A DNA stretch of 64,000 bases from Octopus sinensis (Eukaryota): the NCBI RefSeq assembly GCF_006345805.1, contig NW_021831041.1:186001-250000 (forward strand). The letters are read 5' to 3'. Made by a program: the position numbers and the translations under genes. Below, one piece after another: positions 39,209-51,816 of the stretch. The notes beneath the pieces were generated by a model, which was given only the letters and a program-made list of their open reading frames with translations, had not been told where the DNA came from and ran no database searches. Positions within the stretch are counted from its first letter, which is position 1. Each line of letters starts with the position of its first letter.

Positions 39209-40977
39209 ATGCCAAAAAGAAGAGCAACGAATGAACTAATTCGTGGAATAAACCCCGAAACTCAAGTTATTTAATAATTTTATACACACTTAGGAGGAGG
39301 AAAGAGATTACTCTGAGGATGAGCCAAAGGAAGAAAGCCCAGGAAAACGAAAAATTTACAAGGCAGTCCGCAGATTTGCGACAGTGACCTCATCAGAGAA
39401 CAATCAGTCAAAATTTAAATCCTTTAAAGGATTCGACTGGAATGAAACCAAGAACCCACCGCAAAGTCCTCCCAAAGGCTCAAATTTAACTCCTGAAATT
39501 CCAAACGAGAGTGAATCTGATCAGAACAGGTCCAAAACGTGTCATAAGTCTCAGATTAGCTACTCATTTGTCGAAAATAAGAGGCTTAAACTCTGATTTT
39601 GTGGATTCCATAAAATTGTACTTCACAGAGAATCAGAGTAGCGACTTTAGACCGACTTTGAGAGATTACATCACACATTTTGAGAGACTTGAACTGGAAT
39701 TTAGTGAGATTTGGTTGATTTCATTTTTAGATGGCAGTTTGTCGACGACTGGTGTCAGTGGGGATACATTTTCCTCTCAAACTTCTCATTTACAACCAAA
39801 AAATTCGAATTTATCTTCCAACTTCGATCCGACCTTCCAAAAAATTTTCGGTCCTGGTTTTTCCGTTGCCACAACTTCGAGTATAAACACGGGGAGTCAA
39901 TCCCTGCCGTTTAGTTCAGGTCCCTATGTAAATCCATTTGTTCTGAAGGAGCCTTTGGGCTCTCAACAAAATTCATCCATTTTGTCAAAAAGTTTTGAAC
40001 CTCCGATTTCGACTGCATGTTTTGGTACTTCGTTTGTTTTTAAAAACATGGAAGGTCTGGAAATTCCCCAAAATGATAAATCTTTGGCTTGTGATTTGCC
40101 GATTTGTTCAGTCGGAGAACCTTTTAAGTTTGATATTACGCAAGCCCAATCGATTCCTTTGATTTCTGTTACTTCGACGACACCGAAACTGCCGGAATCG
40201 TCCGTTTCTTTCAATCCTTTCCAGTTTAATCCGAGTTCTACTTCAGTTTTTGATCCATCGTCTCTAAAACTGCCGGAATCGTCGGTTTCTTTCAGCCCCT
40301 TTCAGTTTAATCCGAGTTCTACTTCAGTTTTTAATCCATCGACTCTAAAACTGCCAGAATCGTCCCTTTCTTTCAAACCTTTCCAATTTAATCCGAGTTC
40401 TACTTCAATTTTTGACACATCGAATTTAAAGCTTCCAGAATCGTCTGTCTCTTTCAATCCTTTTCAGTTTAATCCGAGTTCTAATCCCAATTTTGATCCA
40501 TCGGCTCTAAAGCTGCCAGAATCGTCCGTTTCTTTCAATCCTATCCAACCCAGTGGATCTTCGAAGGTGGAAGCTGAGGGTGATGAGGAGTATGAAGACA
40601 TGCCCAAAGTCGTAGAGGAAGAGGACACTGATGCAAAGGAGTCGCTATTCTTTTCAAAATGTGTGCTTTATATGTTGACTGAGACTGATGACGGATCTCG
40701 GAAGGAGTGGACCAAGAAAGGAGTTGGAACTGCCTATGTCCAAAAGAAAAGTGGTCATAGTCACGTTTTTGTGAGAGCAGACGTATCCACGGGACTCCTA
40801 TTGTTGAATACAATGTTGTCTGATAAGTCCAAGTTGGAATTGAAGACGAGTAAAAGAGTGTGTTTTGTCAGCGTATTGAGTGAAGAAGAGTTGAGGATGA
40901 CCATGCTTAGTTTTACTGCTGAGAGTGATGCTCAAAGTTTTATCGAGGCTGTCAACAAGTGTTTTATGGACTCGTAG
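39209..40977 (+). CDS. NUP50: Nucleoporin NUP50
   Basis: MPKRRATNEL..RKIYKAVRR..FKSFKGF (importin-alpha-binding N-terminus), GLNSDFVDSIK..DFRPTLRDYITHF (KLP-type segment), and a C-terminal Ran-binding domain (WTKKGVG, VRADVSTGLLLLN). Introns 39266-39293 and 39530-39554. Confidence 0.9.
40186..40550 (+). repeat. Coding tandem repeat, 81-bp / 27-aa unit, ~4.5 copies
   Basis: KLPESSVSFNPFQFNPSSTSVFDPSSL repeated with few changes, also visible at DNA level. Confidence 0.95.
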
Positions 40978-41249
40978 TTTGGAACTGATTTCTTTTTTTA
41001 TTCAATTAAATTACTTCTGATAGTTTTAGTAGACCGTGTGGTCCATGTGCACAAAACATGTTACCTTTCTTCCTGTCTCTCGTCTCACAACCGGATTGTT
41101 CTGCTAATTTGTTATCGTTACGGGCTATCAAGTAACGCAAATGGACAGATCAAGTAGGCGAATGTAGTGGTTGACGTCTTTTGAGCAAGATTCAAAAGAA
41201 TACCCTGTGGTGGATTGCCTATGGTCACCCGGGCTTTTAATGAAAAGTT

Positions 41250-41900
41250 TCTTAGTTTAAAATCTGTAACGAATTTGAAGTGTCTGGCATAAAGATCACC
41301 CCTGTTCATAATTTGAATAATACCACCAACATCATCCATGCTGCACAGCTGACATACCAAGCTCTAATAAAATACTTTCCTAAGAATGACACCTGGAAAA
41401 AGGACATAAAAACAAAACCGAGTAAACTTATAGCACAGTACGAACCTTGGATTGAACGTGCTGAGAGAATTACAGAAGAACCGTTTGGCTGAGCAAATAA
41501 AGAAAAAACAATTGCATAATATTCTTTTCGATTGTTTAAATGATCCCAACGTTGATGTTGCTGAATCCTCTCATTGGTTATTACATAGAAATAACTCACC
41601 AAAAACCGAAGAGCTTCTGTGGCTCATAAAGGACCGTAATCTATTTTCCGAAAACGATGGAGCATTATGCAGTCATTGTAACTCAGCTAAAAAGACAGTT
41701 GATCCTTTAGCGACGAGGTGTGATCAGATGCTAACAGTGACTACTTATGAAGACACAACGACGTAGTGAAGTGCATACATCTGAATTTATACAGGAAGTA
41801 TAAAATTAAAAATCCAGAAGGTTGAAAACCCACTATGTTTAGTCAGTGGCTGCGACTAACTCTGTGGAGATTTGTGCTGGCACGACAATAAATACGGATG
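41250..41900 (+). mobile_element. R4/Dong-like RLE non-LTR remnant lacking the RT core
   Basis: IIHAAQLTYQ (N-terminal part, similar to IIYSGQVAYE at 29860-30131) joined to KDRNLF..CSHCNSAKKTVDPLATRCDQML..RHNDVVKCIHL (zinc knuckle preceding the RLE). Confidence 0.6.
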
Positions 41901-42199
41901 TAAAATGGATAAGTATGCCCATCGAAGACATTGGATCTGCCTCGAAGAAAAAGAGAATCGAGTGAAAGCAGACGCACTTATTTTTCAACATAAAAAAGAT
42001 AGGGAGGGTGATAAATTAGTTAATGACCTCACAAGACGCTCGCCCAGCCTTACGAATAGAAGACTACAAAGCAATTGGAGTATAAAAAGCGAATTCAAAA
42101 GGTGGGCTTACTTGAAAATCTTGTGATCCTCAACCAGCCTCGAAGCGTGCCCAGGATCAAAAGCGGACAGAGGGAGATTTTCGCACAAGAATGTGTCCG

Positions 42200-43430
42200 G
42201 GTAGATGGAGATCAAAATATAGGATTTTCCCTGATCGTAAGAAAAGGTGGGATACGTCTCTCTTATTGACCACGGTTCAAAACAACGCTATCTTCCAAAT
42301 GGGGTACCACAAGGTTCTGTGTTGTCTCCGTCCCTCTTCAACCTATATTTGCATGACTTTCCGGCTAATGGCCCAATTAACTTGACATTTTCTTACGAGA
42401 ATGACATTATTATTGCTTCTAAACACGCAGACTACATATCAGCTTCTTTTAACATCCAGCAACAACTATACTCCGTTGAGAATTGGCTCATAGAGAACAG
42501 GCTCGATTCTTCGTCCTCAAAATCATCAGTCACCTTATTATCTTCCGATAGAACACAATAAAACCTACACCCGAAGTTATCTCTGTTTCTGACCTTCTGT
42601 TATGCAAAAACCCCACTTTTCTCGGACTTACTTTCGATCTAACTATGTCTTTAAACAAGCATGTCTCAAACATGCAATAAGTAGTCACATTACTGATACC
42701 CAGAAGCCATTCCTCAAACGAGTTTACAAGCAATACATACAACCCGTATTAAGTTACGCGAGTCCAAGCTAAGGGCCCTGCCTATCTACAATCTCAACAA
42801 TAGCACTTGAATCAGTACAAAACAAGGTCATTTGTACTAAACAAGGTCTGAAATCAACTCCAATCAATCACCTCCACTGTGAAACAAACCTTTTGTTGAT
42901 TGAAGAACATCTAAATATGAGAGGAGCACAATTCCTATTTTCATTGCGAAATTTCTATCATCCTTGTTCTGTTCTAAATGTGCTAAACGGAAATGGTCGT
43001 TCACTAAAGGATACGCCGGCGAATCTATATTCCCGGACCCTTGCTAAAATTGATGGCCTGCACCGATTTTCACATCCAATAAAAAGAATTTACGATTCCA
43101 TCTTAACTTCAGCAATTCTCAAGCTGACGCTCGGTCCTCAATAAATAACCACCGGATGTTCACCCTCTAAAAATACTTCTTGACCGTTTCGCTCAGATAA
43201 ACCTTGCTCGCTCTGGCCATCACCACTCACTAAATAACTATGCACACAAAATGGACATCTCGATCTCCCCCTTCTGTAACATTTGCAGTGCTGAAGAACA
43301 CTTAACTGCTATTTCGCTGTCCTGATCTTCTTTTACTCCGCGAAAAATTTGATATTCACTCCTCCGAGGTCCTATGGGAGCAACCTGATAAGGCGCTGTT
43401 GTTCCTGCTAGCTGCTGGTCTCATAATCTA
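42200..43430 (+). mobile_element. 3' half of a degenerate Jockey/I-like LINE
   Basis: NGVPQGSVLSPSLFNLYL, SYENDII (decayed YADD), FLGLTFD, YKQYIQPVLSYASP, LESVQNK and LARSGHH..PFCNIC. Confidence 0.8.
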
Positions 43431-43527
43431 ATGTGAAATGAGGTTACGCAGCAACAACATAAAAAGGATCTCCTTACCATAAGGATTTAAACAGAAAAAG
43501 AATAAAAATGATAAAACAGAACAAACA

Positions 43528-44040
43528 TTATTTATGGTGATCGTTGACATTCTTTCCGTAGCCACCTCTGCCCTCGTCATAGTCTGTTCTGTACTCATCC
43601 CTGACTTGTCCCCCACTCTTCCCTCTGCCGTATTGTCTCCCTTCTGTAAAACCCGCGTCAATGTCAATCCTTATTATCCTCTCGTCCAAAAACAGTCCAT
43701 TCAAATAGCGCACAGCATCCACTGCGTCAGTCCTTGAGTAATACCTTAGATTTAACTTCATAAACTTACTCGGCAAAACAAAACCCACAGGGCAGTTTTT
43801 TAATTCTGTCAATTCCCATTATTACTCTTTTTAGTGGTCCGATTCTCGAAAACAACTCAAAGACTTGTCCTTCAGTAGTTTTGAAGGACAAGTTTCCCAC
43901 ATATAATGTGGTGGAATTACTAATTTTTGACTCTAATTCTTCCATTGAACCCTACCTTTAAGATTATGCTATTCAACTTGATATCGACGATCCCTGTATT
44001 TGCACGTGTCCGATGATTTCGTTCGCAGATATTTAGCCAT
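43528..44040 (-). CDS. NCBP2: Nuclear cap-binding protein subunit 2 (CBP20)
   Basis: [82 protein letters not shown]. Intron 43745-43769 plus one upstream. Confidence 0.97.
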
Positions 44041-44169
44041 CTCCTGCAACACACAAGAAAATCAAATAATTATTATTATAATTATATTATCAAATCAAAT
44101 AATTTTGTGAGTAATGTTATAATTTTTGAGCATCTTTGTTAATCAATCCCTAATATGACGTCATCATGG

Positions 44170-47100
44170 CCTCACCATCTCATCGAGTTCTTCTCTCCGA
44201 TTGTTCCTGGCCCATGTGGCTCTGACCTGAGTGTCCCTCTCTTTCTCTTCCATATCATGATCAGTATATGACAGTCGTAGTATCTCTTGGTCGTTCACTA
44301 ATCCTAAATCAAAAACCTAAAGTAAAATACCAATTTACTTAACCTCTTTTCCTAAACGGTCAAACAGCTTGACAGGGTGAAGATTCAGTCCAAAATGATT
44401 CTGGGAAGCAGTTTTTATGTGCTCCAATGAATGTCCATAAAACTGTTCCACATGATCCACGTCTTTATGATAGACATTGACATATTTCTGTATGTGATTT
44501 ATATGTCTTAACCCATTTCTTGTGCGACAATCCTGCCTTTTCTTTCATTTTCTCGATTTCTCCCTTAAACTTGAAAAATGATTTCTACTGTCTTTTCGTC
44601 ACTTTGGGTACATTTCTTATTACGGAAAGTGTTTATCTTTGATCTTTGTTCTCGGTCCGTTGTCTGCCTCATTTCCAAGTCCTCAGGATCGACAAACGGC
44701 TCTCCACACGATAGCCACAGATCGACAACTCCAACTTCTCCTCGTTCTTTCAAAATTTCTAAATGTTGAAGTCTAAATTCAAACCACTCATCTGGAAAAT
44801 CTCTTCTTCGTCGACAACAAGGTCTCCAGATAAGAAATATAACTTCCTTCCACTGTGAGTCATTTCCAGTCTTCTACTGCTTTGGTCTATGATCTATACA
44901 CATATTTGGAGACATAAACCTCGTCTAGGGATATCCCACACACTCTGACCCCGCCTTCTCTTACAGGAGCCCCATTCCGATGTACTATAACACGTAGTTG
45001 TGGCCGTTTGAATTCGTCGTTGGCTCTCACCTTGTCCGCGTATATTTTATGAGATTCGCGGATTTCACTGAGTTTATTTTTCCAGTATTCGAGTGAGCTT
45101 GATATTCCTTCTATGCTGAAGTCAACCTTCCCAAAAAGACACTTTAGGTTCCCCAGTTGTACTGAAGATTCATTTTGTGCTTTAAATGATTGGATATATT
45201 TACCTTTGCCAATTTCGCAACAAAATTCCACTTTGGTTGATTTTTTGTACAATTTGCTAGTCCCCCGTAAGGTTTTTGCACATGCATGACACATGTATAT
45301 TTCTTTGCCACGTTTGTCTATCTCACAACAGAAACCCTAAAAAAACAACTACGAGCCCCACTGGCTGGTCAATTGGCAAATTGGTGACTTCAAATGTGCA
45401 TATATTTGCAAAGTAGGCAGCTGTGATCTCTAAAAATTGTTTTACTAATGAAACCTTTGTTCAGCAAAGTTGTAGCAAATGGGGACAAATTTGATCCTTC
45501 CCATTCCCAATTCTGATGAGCCGATCCGTAGGCCTCCGGAATAATTTTTTGCACGACCACTAAATGCAAAAAATGCAAAATACATTTTGGAGTCGTACTT
45601 AGTTGAACAGCCAAGCATAATTTATTTCGATAACAGAGAACGATTTTGCTGTTTAGAATAGACAAATATAAATACTTTCCAAGCTGTTTCCACTGTTGGA
45701 AAATGTTTCCAGGCTCTTTCTGCATTAATAAAACTTCCGGGGACTCGATTCGAATATCACGAACTCCTAAAACAAGTCTGGGATTGAACTTGAGGGAAAT
45801 TAATTTTGTATTCTCATCAAATATAAACTCGCTGAAATAATTAAAAATTGACACTTTTTATCACGTTCAGTCTCGATGAGTGATCCAACAATCACATTTG
45901 CATTTTCCTGAATTGCTCCACTGACCACACAGACAGACTTGGGAAAAACAGCATATTTGTGATATGTTTCCAAAAGGGACAGATCATACTTGAGTTTTCG
46001 TTCATATTTGGCCTTCTTCTCCTCTTGTGTTAGTGTTTTGGGCGAAATCATGTCTTCATTAGCAGAGGCGTACACTAGCTGGTCTCTCTCCAGGTTATTA
46101 AGTGTGAAATGTTCTTTTCCGTCGTCGTCGAATATCCGTCGACAAAAAGTACTCATCCCAAGCTGCACTGTAACTCGTTCAAGAAACTAAATTTTTATCA
46201 AATTCAAAAACAATTTGAAATTCAACTTCATTCGGAGTAGGCTTAGATGGGGGACTCTGATAATTTGTCTTTTTAGATTTTGCAGGCAGGTTTGGTGCCG
46301 TTACGAAGACTCCAAATTTTTTAGAAGTTCCATTTCTGACTACAAATAATCTTTTGGCAGAAGGTTGAACAGTAAAGTTCTTTTTATAAAACGGAGGTGC
46401 GTGAGGGACAAAGAACCCCGACATTGGCCAATCATAGTTCTTTATAGCTCTTAATATTTAAAAATAAACTTCGTTGAGATTTCCGTCGTCGTTTACAGGC
46501 CAAGAAAGTCCGCGTTTGTGCCATTCTGGGTTTTGAACTGTACAGAGTCTCCATTGACCTAAATTACGGGGACCCTCCTGTTTTAGTGCCCACCTTGAAT
46601 GTCATGCATTTTCTTACCTTTGTGATGATTCGTTCTTCCCTTCAATTTTATCAGTCAATACAATTTTAAATTCATTATTTCCAGTATTGAGCAAAGTCAG
46701 TACTTTGTTAGGAATGGTCTGAAATGATATTAGGGCATTCCTTACTTGCATTGATATATATCCATCCCTACTAAACTCCCACGCTTGGAAATCATCAGGG
46801 TTGTCTTTCATTCTTACCACAACCTCGATGTATTGAACATTGCACTCTCCCAACAATCTGGTATTCTCTTTTCCTGTAAAAAGTGCCAAATGTTGGTTAG
46901 CTTTGCAGCATATTAGTCCATTCTGGGCGAAATAAAATAAACTAAAAACTTTATGGAAAATCCACGTCTTCCAACTATCACGGTTTTTGTTGAAATCTCG
47001 TTTCACAATGTCCAATCGCAAACGGACAAAAAAATTAGATTTTGTCTGCAAATAAATGATTTATAAATCACAATATTTTTCAAAATTAAATCACTTTGAG

Positions 47101-49209
47101 TGATTTCTGTCATTTCTTTTGTCTCTTCGCTAGTGACTCGTTGACAGTCTTCGCTGGAAACAGTCTCCCACTTGTAATGACTGTGTAAACTATATTTTGT
47201 AAATGTGACCTAGTCAAATCCTTTGTTTCTTCCCCGTCAAGTGAAATCACATGACAAAAAACACTAGATCTTCCAAAAGTCGAATATAAAGATATTCGTT
47301 CTATTTTTACAGCCAAAAATAAATCTGCAAGTTGAAAAAACACAGAAAACCAATTTCTTTTATGAAGGGTTCCCCACCCGATGCAAATATGAGTGATCTG
47401 TTTCTTAGAGAATTGATGTCGCGGATTTCAACCCCGTCCTTGTCGAATATTCTTCGAACTTTTTTATTGCAGATTTGTTCTGAAATTAAACCACTGATTT
47501 CATCTAAAAACTAATCATTCAAAATTTGTGGATTTACTTTGTCAAAGACTAGTTTCCCAGTTTTATGCAGGACACAGCCTCTCCATCTGTCGTATGTTGT
47601 CTCCAGTTTTATATTTGGTTGTCCATTAGGACTCACGGTTAAGTTGAGGACATCGTTGACTACAAGGCGATTGTTGTCGTCAATTTTAGGAATGTTGCTT
47701 TGAACCTATTTTAATTTTAACAAATTTTTCGCACTTTTTGGAGCATTTTTTTCATTTTATTTTCATTTTTTTGGTAATCGGCTCGGACCCTTCCCAAGTC
47801 GTAAATCAACTCTTGGGCCTATTTGTTGAATTCTTATTTTATTTACCTCCATCAACTGCTCCTCGACTTCTTCTGAAGACAATGATCGATACTTTGGCTG
47901 TAATCTGCAACTTTGGGGATTTTCTTGCCGCAATTCAAGCTTGTTTTAAACATTTTTGTAATTACTTGTGCTATTTTCTGGTTGCATTTCAGTTCAAGCT
48001 GTTTCAGGACAATTAATTTATCTTTGACATATTCCAATACACCAACGGGGTCAAAAGACTGTCCCGACGAAATCCAAATGGGTCCAAAAATCTTAGAATA
48101 TCCTTTTTGAAGAAATTCGGGGAGTTTTAGCACTTTTTGATTTATCATAGATTTGTACATTTAGAAACATCTTTGACTTGTTTCCCATCAATATCGTATA
48201 GAAATTTGGCTGGACTGTTAAGAGAAAGACCTCTGCTACATTCTTCGTAAAACTTGAATATATTTACATTGAATTACATCATTGCTGTTTTCAACATTCA
48301 TGGTGACGTACCTTTCAGTTTTTCCACGGCCATTCTCCAGAATTTGTACCATCCGATTGGGCGAATCCCTGAAATAATAAAGACTTATGTTTATCGTAGT
48401 AACAATATTATACGTACGTGTAAGACAAATTTGATTTGTTTATACTTTTGTCAATTTTAACGCCATTCATTGTCCATTGCACATTAGGACATTTCAGAGC
48501 AATTCCTACAAGTACACGACTCCATACCAACTGTTCATATTAATGTATGGACCTCCACATGACACACTAACGGACACGTAACTTGGCAATTCGTCACCCT
48601 CCAATACCTCCTTTCCTTGCCAATATAGTTTCCGAGCAGCCGAGCTTAAATTTAATCTTATCGTAGCTTGTTCTAACAGCTGAAATAGATAAAATTTACG
48701 AAATACTGATTTTATAGAATTTCCACTAATTCGTACTCCTTCGTGGAGAGTCCCGTTTGGGTATGCAAAAACTACATAGCCGTTTTTTGTAGGATGCAAC
48801 GGTTTATCTATGAAATTCAAAAATGTTTATCATACCATTTTTCCTTTCGGTTTTGGGATTATTTTGGTTACTAAAATTATTAGTGATTATAAACAACATT
48901 TTTTTGTGGCTATGTAATAAAGAATCGAGAATATAAGGAATTCCAGTTACTCTGCTTGTAATCACTAAAACTAGACCTGGTATTGAAATCTGACTCGTTG
49001 TAATCTCTTGGCATAATTTTATTCAAGTTTATAATGTTCCTTTTCTTATTTCTTTTGATACTTGTGAGATTTGTCCTACTCAAATCGCTTACTGTAGATG
49101 TGCGAGAGTCGGCATCAGTGGTGTAGGCCACACATTCATCTTTAAGAAAATGCCTGTTGAATGCCACTGGTCTTGACGTTTGAGGTCGATTTTCATTTCT
49201 GTGCAGCAT
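44170..49209 (-). CDS. DCDC1: Doublecortin domain-containing protein 1 (multiple DCX-like and ricin-B-like domains)
   Basis: Repeated DCX-like starts (VFAYPNG, RLFVVRNG, RVIVHRNG), LLEQATIRLNLSSAARKLY, WISSGQSFDP, LWLSCGEPFVDP, and QxW ricin-type motifs (FQAWEF, FQQWK, HQNWEW). Many micro-introns; the 3' end is approximate. Confidence 0.75.
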
Positions 49210-49243
49210 TCGATTTTAAATTTAGCGAATGTTTTAATTTATT

Positions 49244-49257
49244 GTTGCCACGGTCAC
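49244..49257. promoter_or_regulatory. X-box (RFX)-like element upstream of DCDC1
   Basis: GTTGCC-AC-GGTCAC, one mismatch from the GTNRCC(N0-3)RGYAAC consensus, 35 bp upstream of the ATG in otherwise AT-rich DNA. Confidence 0.45.
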
Positions 49258-49569
49258 GCGAATTAAAATGATTTAAGCAGAAAATTATTTTTTATTCTCT
49301 TATTGCACAAGTCGTCAAATGAATTTTTAAATATATTGAATGTAAATTTTATAGACGAACCAAATATTTTCGTGATAATTATCCAAGTATGCATGTTCTT
49401 CAAAATATGACCTCATTAAAAAACGTATTTGTGTTATTAGGCTATTTTGTTAGAAATTTTAGTTTTTGTAATAATTTAATACTCAATTTTTTGACAAAAA
49501 AATCAATTTAAACGCTGAAGATAAATCTTTATTTAAAAATTGAATGAAAACTCATTAAAAATCTAAGTT

Positions 49570-50237
49570 TCATTTTTTAGACAAAAAACTTTTCGTTTTC
49601 AAAAAATTCCATTTTGTTTTAACATTTACAATTTTTCGGAGAGAATCCAAGACTGAGAATAGATTAATGATTATAATACTTATCTGCTCTAAGAGCTCCT
49701 CTACGTTGAAGTCATTCCATACGGATGTCTCGATGAACACGACGGAGGTTGCTCTCGAAAAGGACGATCCCCACTAAGATTTCTTTTTAATTTGTTACTG
49801 ACTTCTTTTTTCACATTTCGTCCTTCTCGGTCTGTTTTATTCCCAACAAGAATAATCGGGACTTTTGAAAACATTAAACTTGTTTTAATTTGATCGACAA
49901 GTTGCATTGCAACTTCGAAGGAGTGGTAATTTGTGATATCGTAAATAACCACAAATGCCCGCAGCTTTCTGGAAAAAAACATATTAAACAGAGTTTTCAG
50001 CTTTATTTTTTGACTCACAACTGCTTCCAGATTGATAGAAAAATTGTCAAATTTAAATTGTCTCCTCAACGGAGTCTCTCCCAAATTATTCTTAAAGATT
50101 GACTAAACGTAATTTACGCAATGTCCATAAATCAACATGGAGGCCAAACTCTTCTTTCCGACAAAATGGTCTCCCTGAACATATATTTTGATCGAGTAAT
50201 CTTTGTTCTGTTTGATTAAATCTTTTTCAATGAGCAT
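49570..50237 (-). CDS. Divergent Ras/Rab-superfamily small GTPase-like protein
   Basis: G1 GDHFVGKKS, FVVIYDITNYHSF, G4 ILVGNKTD and G5-like FIETSV. The frame needs 27- and 29-nt introns. Confidence 0.75.
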
Positions 50238-50621
50238 TACGTGAATAATAACTAGTTCGGCTTTATGTAGTATGCGACGGCGGTTTATTTTTAATAACAA
50301 GGCATGAAATGCTGACCGCATAAGTAATTTAGAAAAAATACTTTGTATTTTGAATTTTATATTAATCAAAAAATTTCCGTTTCAAATACCAGACAATATA
50401 CGACCACAAATATTCGGTTACTATTAAAATTGGTTAAATTTATTATTTTTTATTAAAACAATTATTTATTCATTGGTGATACCTGATGTCGTGACGTCGT
50501 TGTTGAACATTATCTTAAAAGAAGACTGTTTCCTTTTATTTAAAATCTTAAAATTTGTATAATTTGGTAAATTTAATTACAATAAAATAATTATAATCTA
50601 TCCATCGATGTTCCTAGTTTG

Positions 50622-51527
50622 ATGATAAGAAAGCAATTTCTTTTCGACGCTTGCGGAATATTTTCTATGACTTTGGCCTATATTATTCTAGCATTCTCAG
50701 AATACGCCATTTGTGTAGAACTAATCCCCAAAATCGCTGCCTTGTATTCTCTTTTTACTAAATATAAGTCCTCTGACTGTCCCTCTCATCATAGCATACA
50801 CTCTGCTAATATTCGTGATCGCATTTTTCCACATTTTATCCTTCGTTACAGACCCAGGCACAATCTCCCCTTTCAACTACCCCGAGGATTTCCTATCCAA
50901 TTACATTGAATATGTAATAAATCACGATTTATTAACAAGGAAAGTCGTGGGTGGGGAGAATGTATTCAATGTGGGCATGCCAGACCTTTTCGAGCCCATC
51001 ATTGCAGAATTTGTCACTCATGTATTTACGGAATGGACCACCACTGTCCCTGGTTGTGAAATAATTCACATTTTAGGATCAACAATTGTGTCGGACAAAT
51101 GAACAAGAAATATTTTATTCAATTCTCGTTTTATATTGCAGTGCTTTGTGTGGTCACTTTTGCATTTTTGGTGGTCTATTTTACTCAAAAACCAGTGAGA
51201 GGGCCTAGCTTGTTGTCTTATTTGTTTTTATCTTTGAATAGTGCGGTTTTAGCTGTGTTGGGAATTATAGACGCCGTGTTCTTTGTGTTTATTGTGGCTA
51301 TTTTGGTCGAACAAATCTCGTCGGTTTCTAGCGGAGTAACGAGGATTGACCGATACAAGTACACGTTAGGAACATCCGGGTCTCATTTAGCCACACGTGC
51401 CAGTTTCTTGTCTTTCAAGGAAGTAATGGGAAACAGTATGGTTTGTGTGGATATTTCAGGTGTTTGTGACTGGATTTGTTCTACCAAACGAACTATTTCT
51501 TTGGAAGAGTACATGGATAGGCAATAA
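50622..51527 (+). CDS. ZDHHC3: DHHC palmitoyltransferase, ZDHHC3/7-like
   Basis: FLFDACGIF, TDPG, CIQCGHARPFRAHHCRICHSCIYGMDHHCPW/INNCVGQMNKKYFIQF. Confidence 0.88.
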
Positions 51528-51816
51528 ATTGACTTTTTTAATATCACTGCTATTAGTAGGCTAAATTGATAGATAAATAGAGGGGTTCGATTTATTTTTT
51601 TCTATTTAAGCATAGTCGGGTACAACTATTTTTATAGGCTGGGACTCTCCTGTTTTGTTCTGTTGAATAAATCGGTTCATTTATTATTTTTTACAGTTTT
51701 TTATTTGCTAAATTAAAAAAATTTTGTTAATTTACAGAAAGTAATTGTTGGGTTTTATAAGAGATTAGTTTTCAATTTATATTCTATTAAAACAAAAAAA
51801 TAACTTAATTTTAAAT

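Noticed and set aside
50103-50117. Possible 15-nt intron GTAAATTACGTTTAG in the GTPase gene
   Set aside because: The same donor with the next AG gives an in-frame 27-nt intron that fits the local size distribution better.
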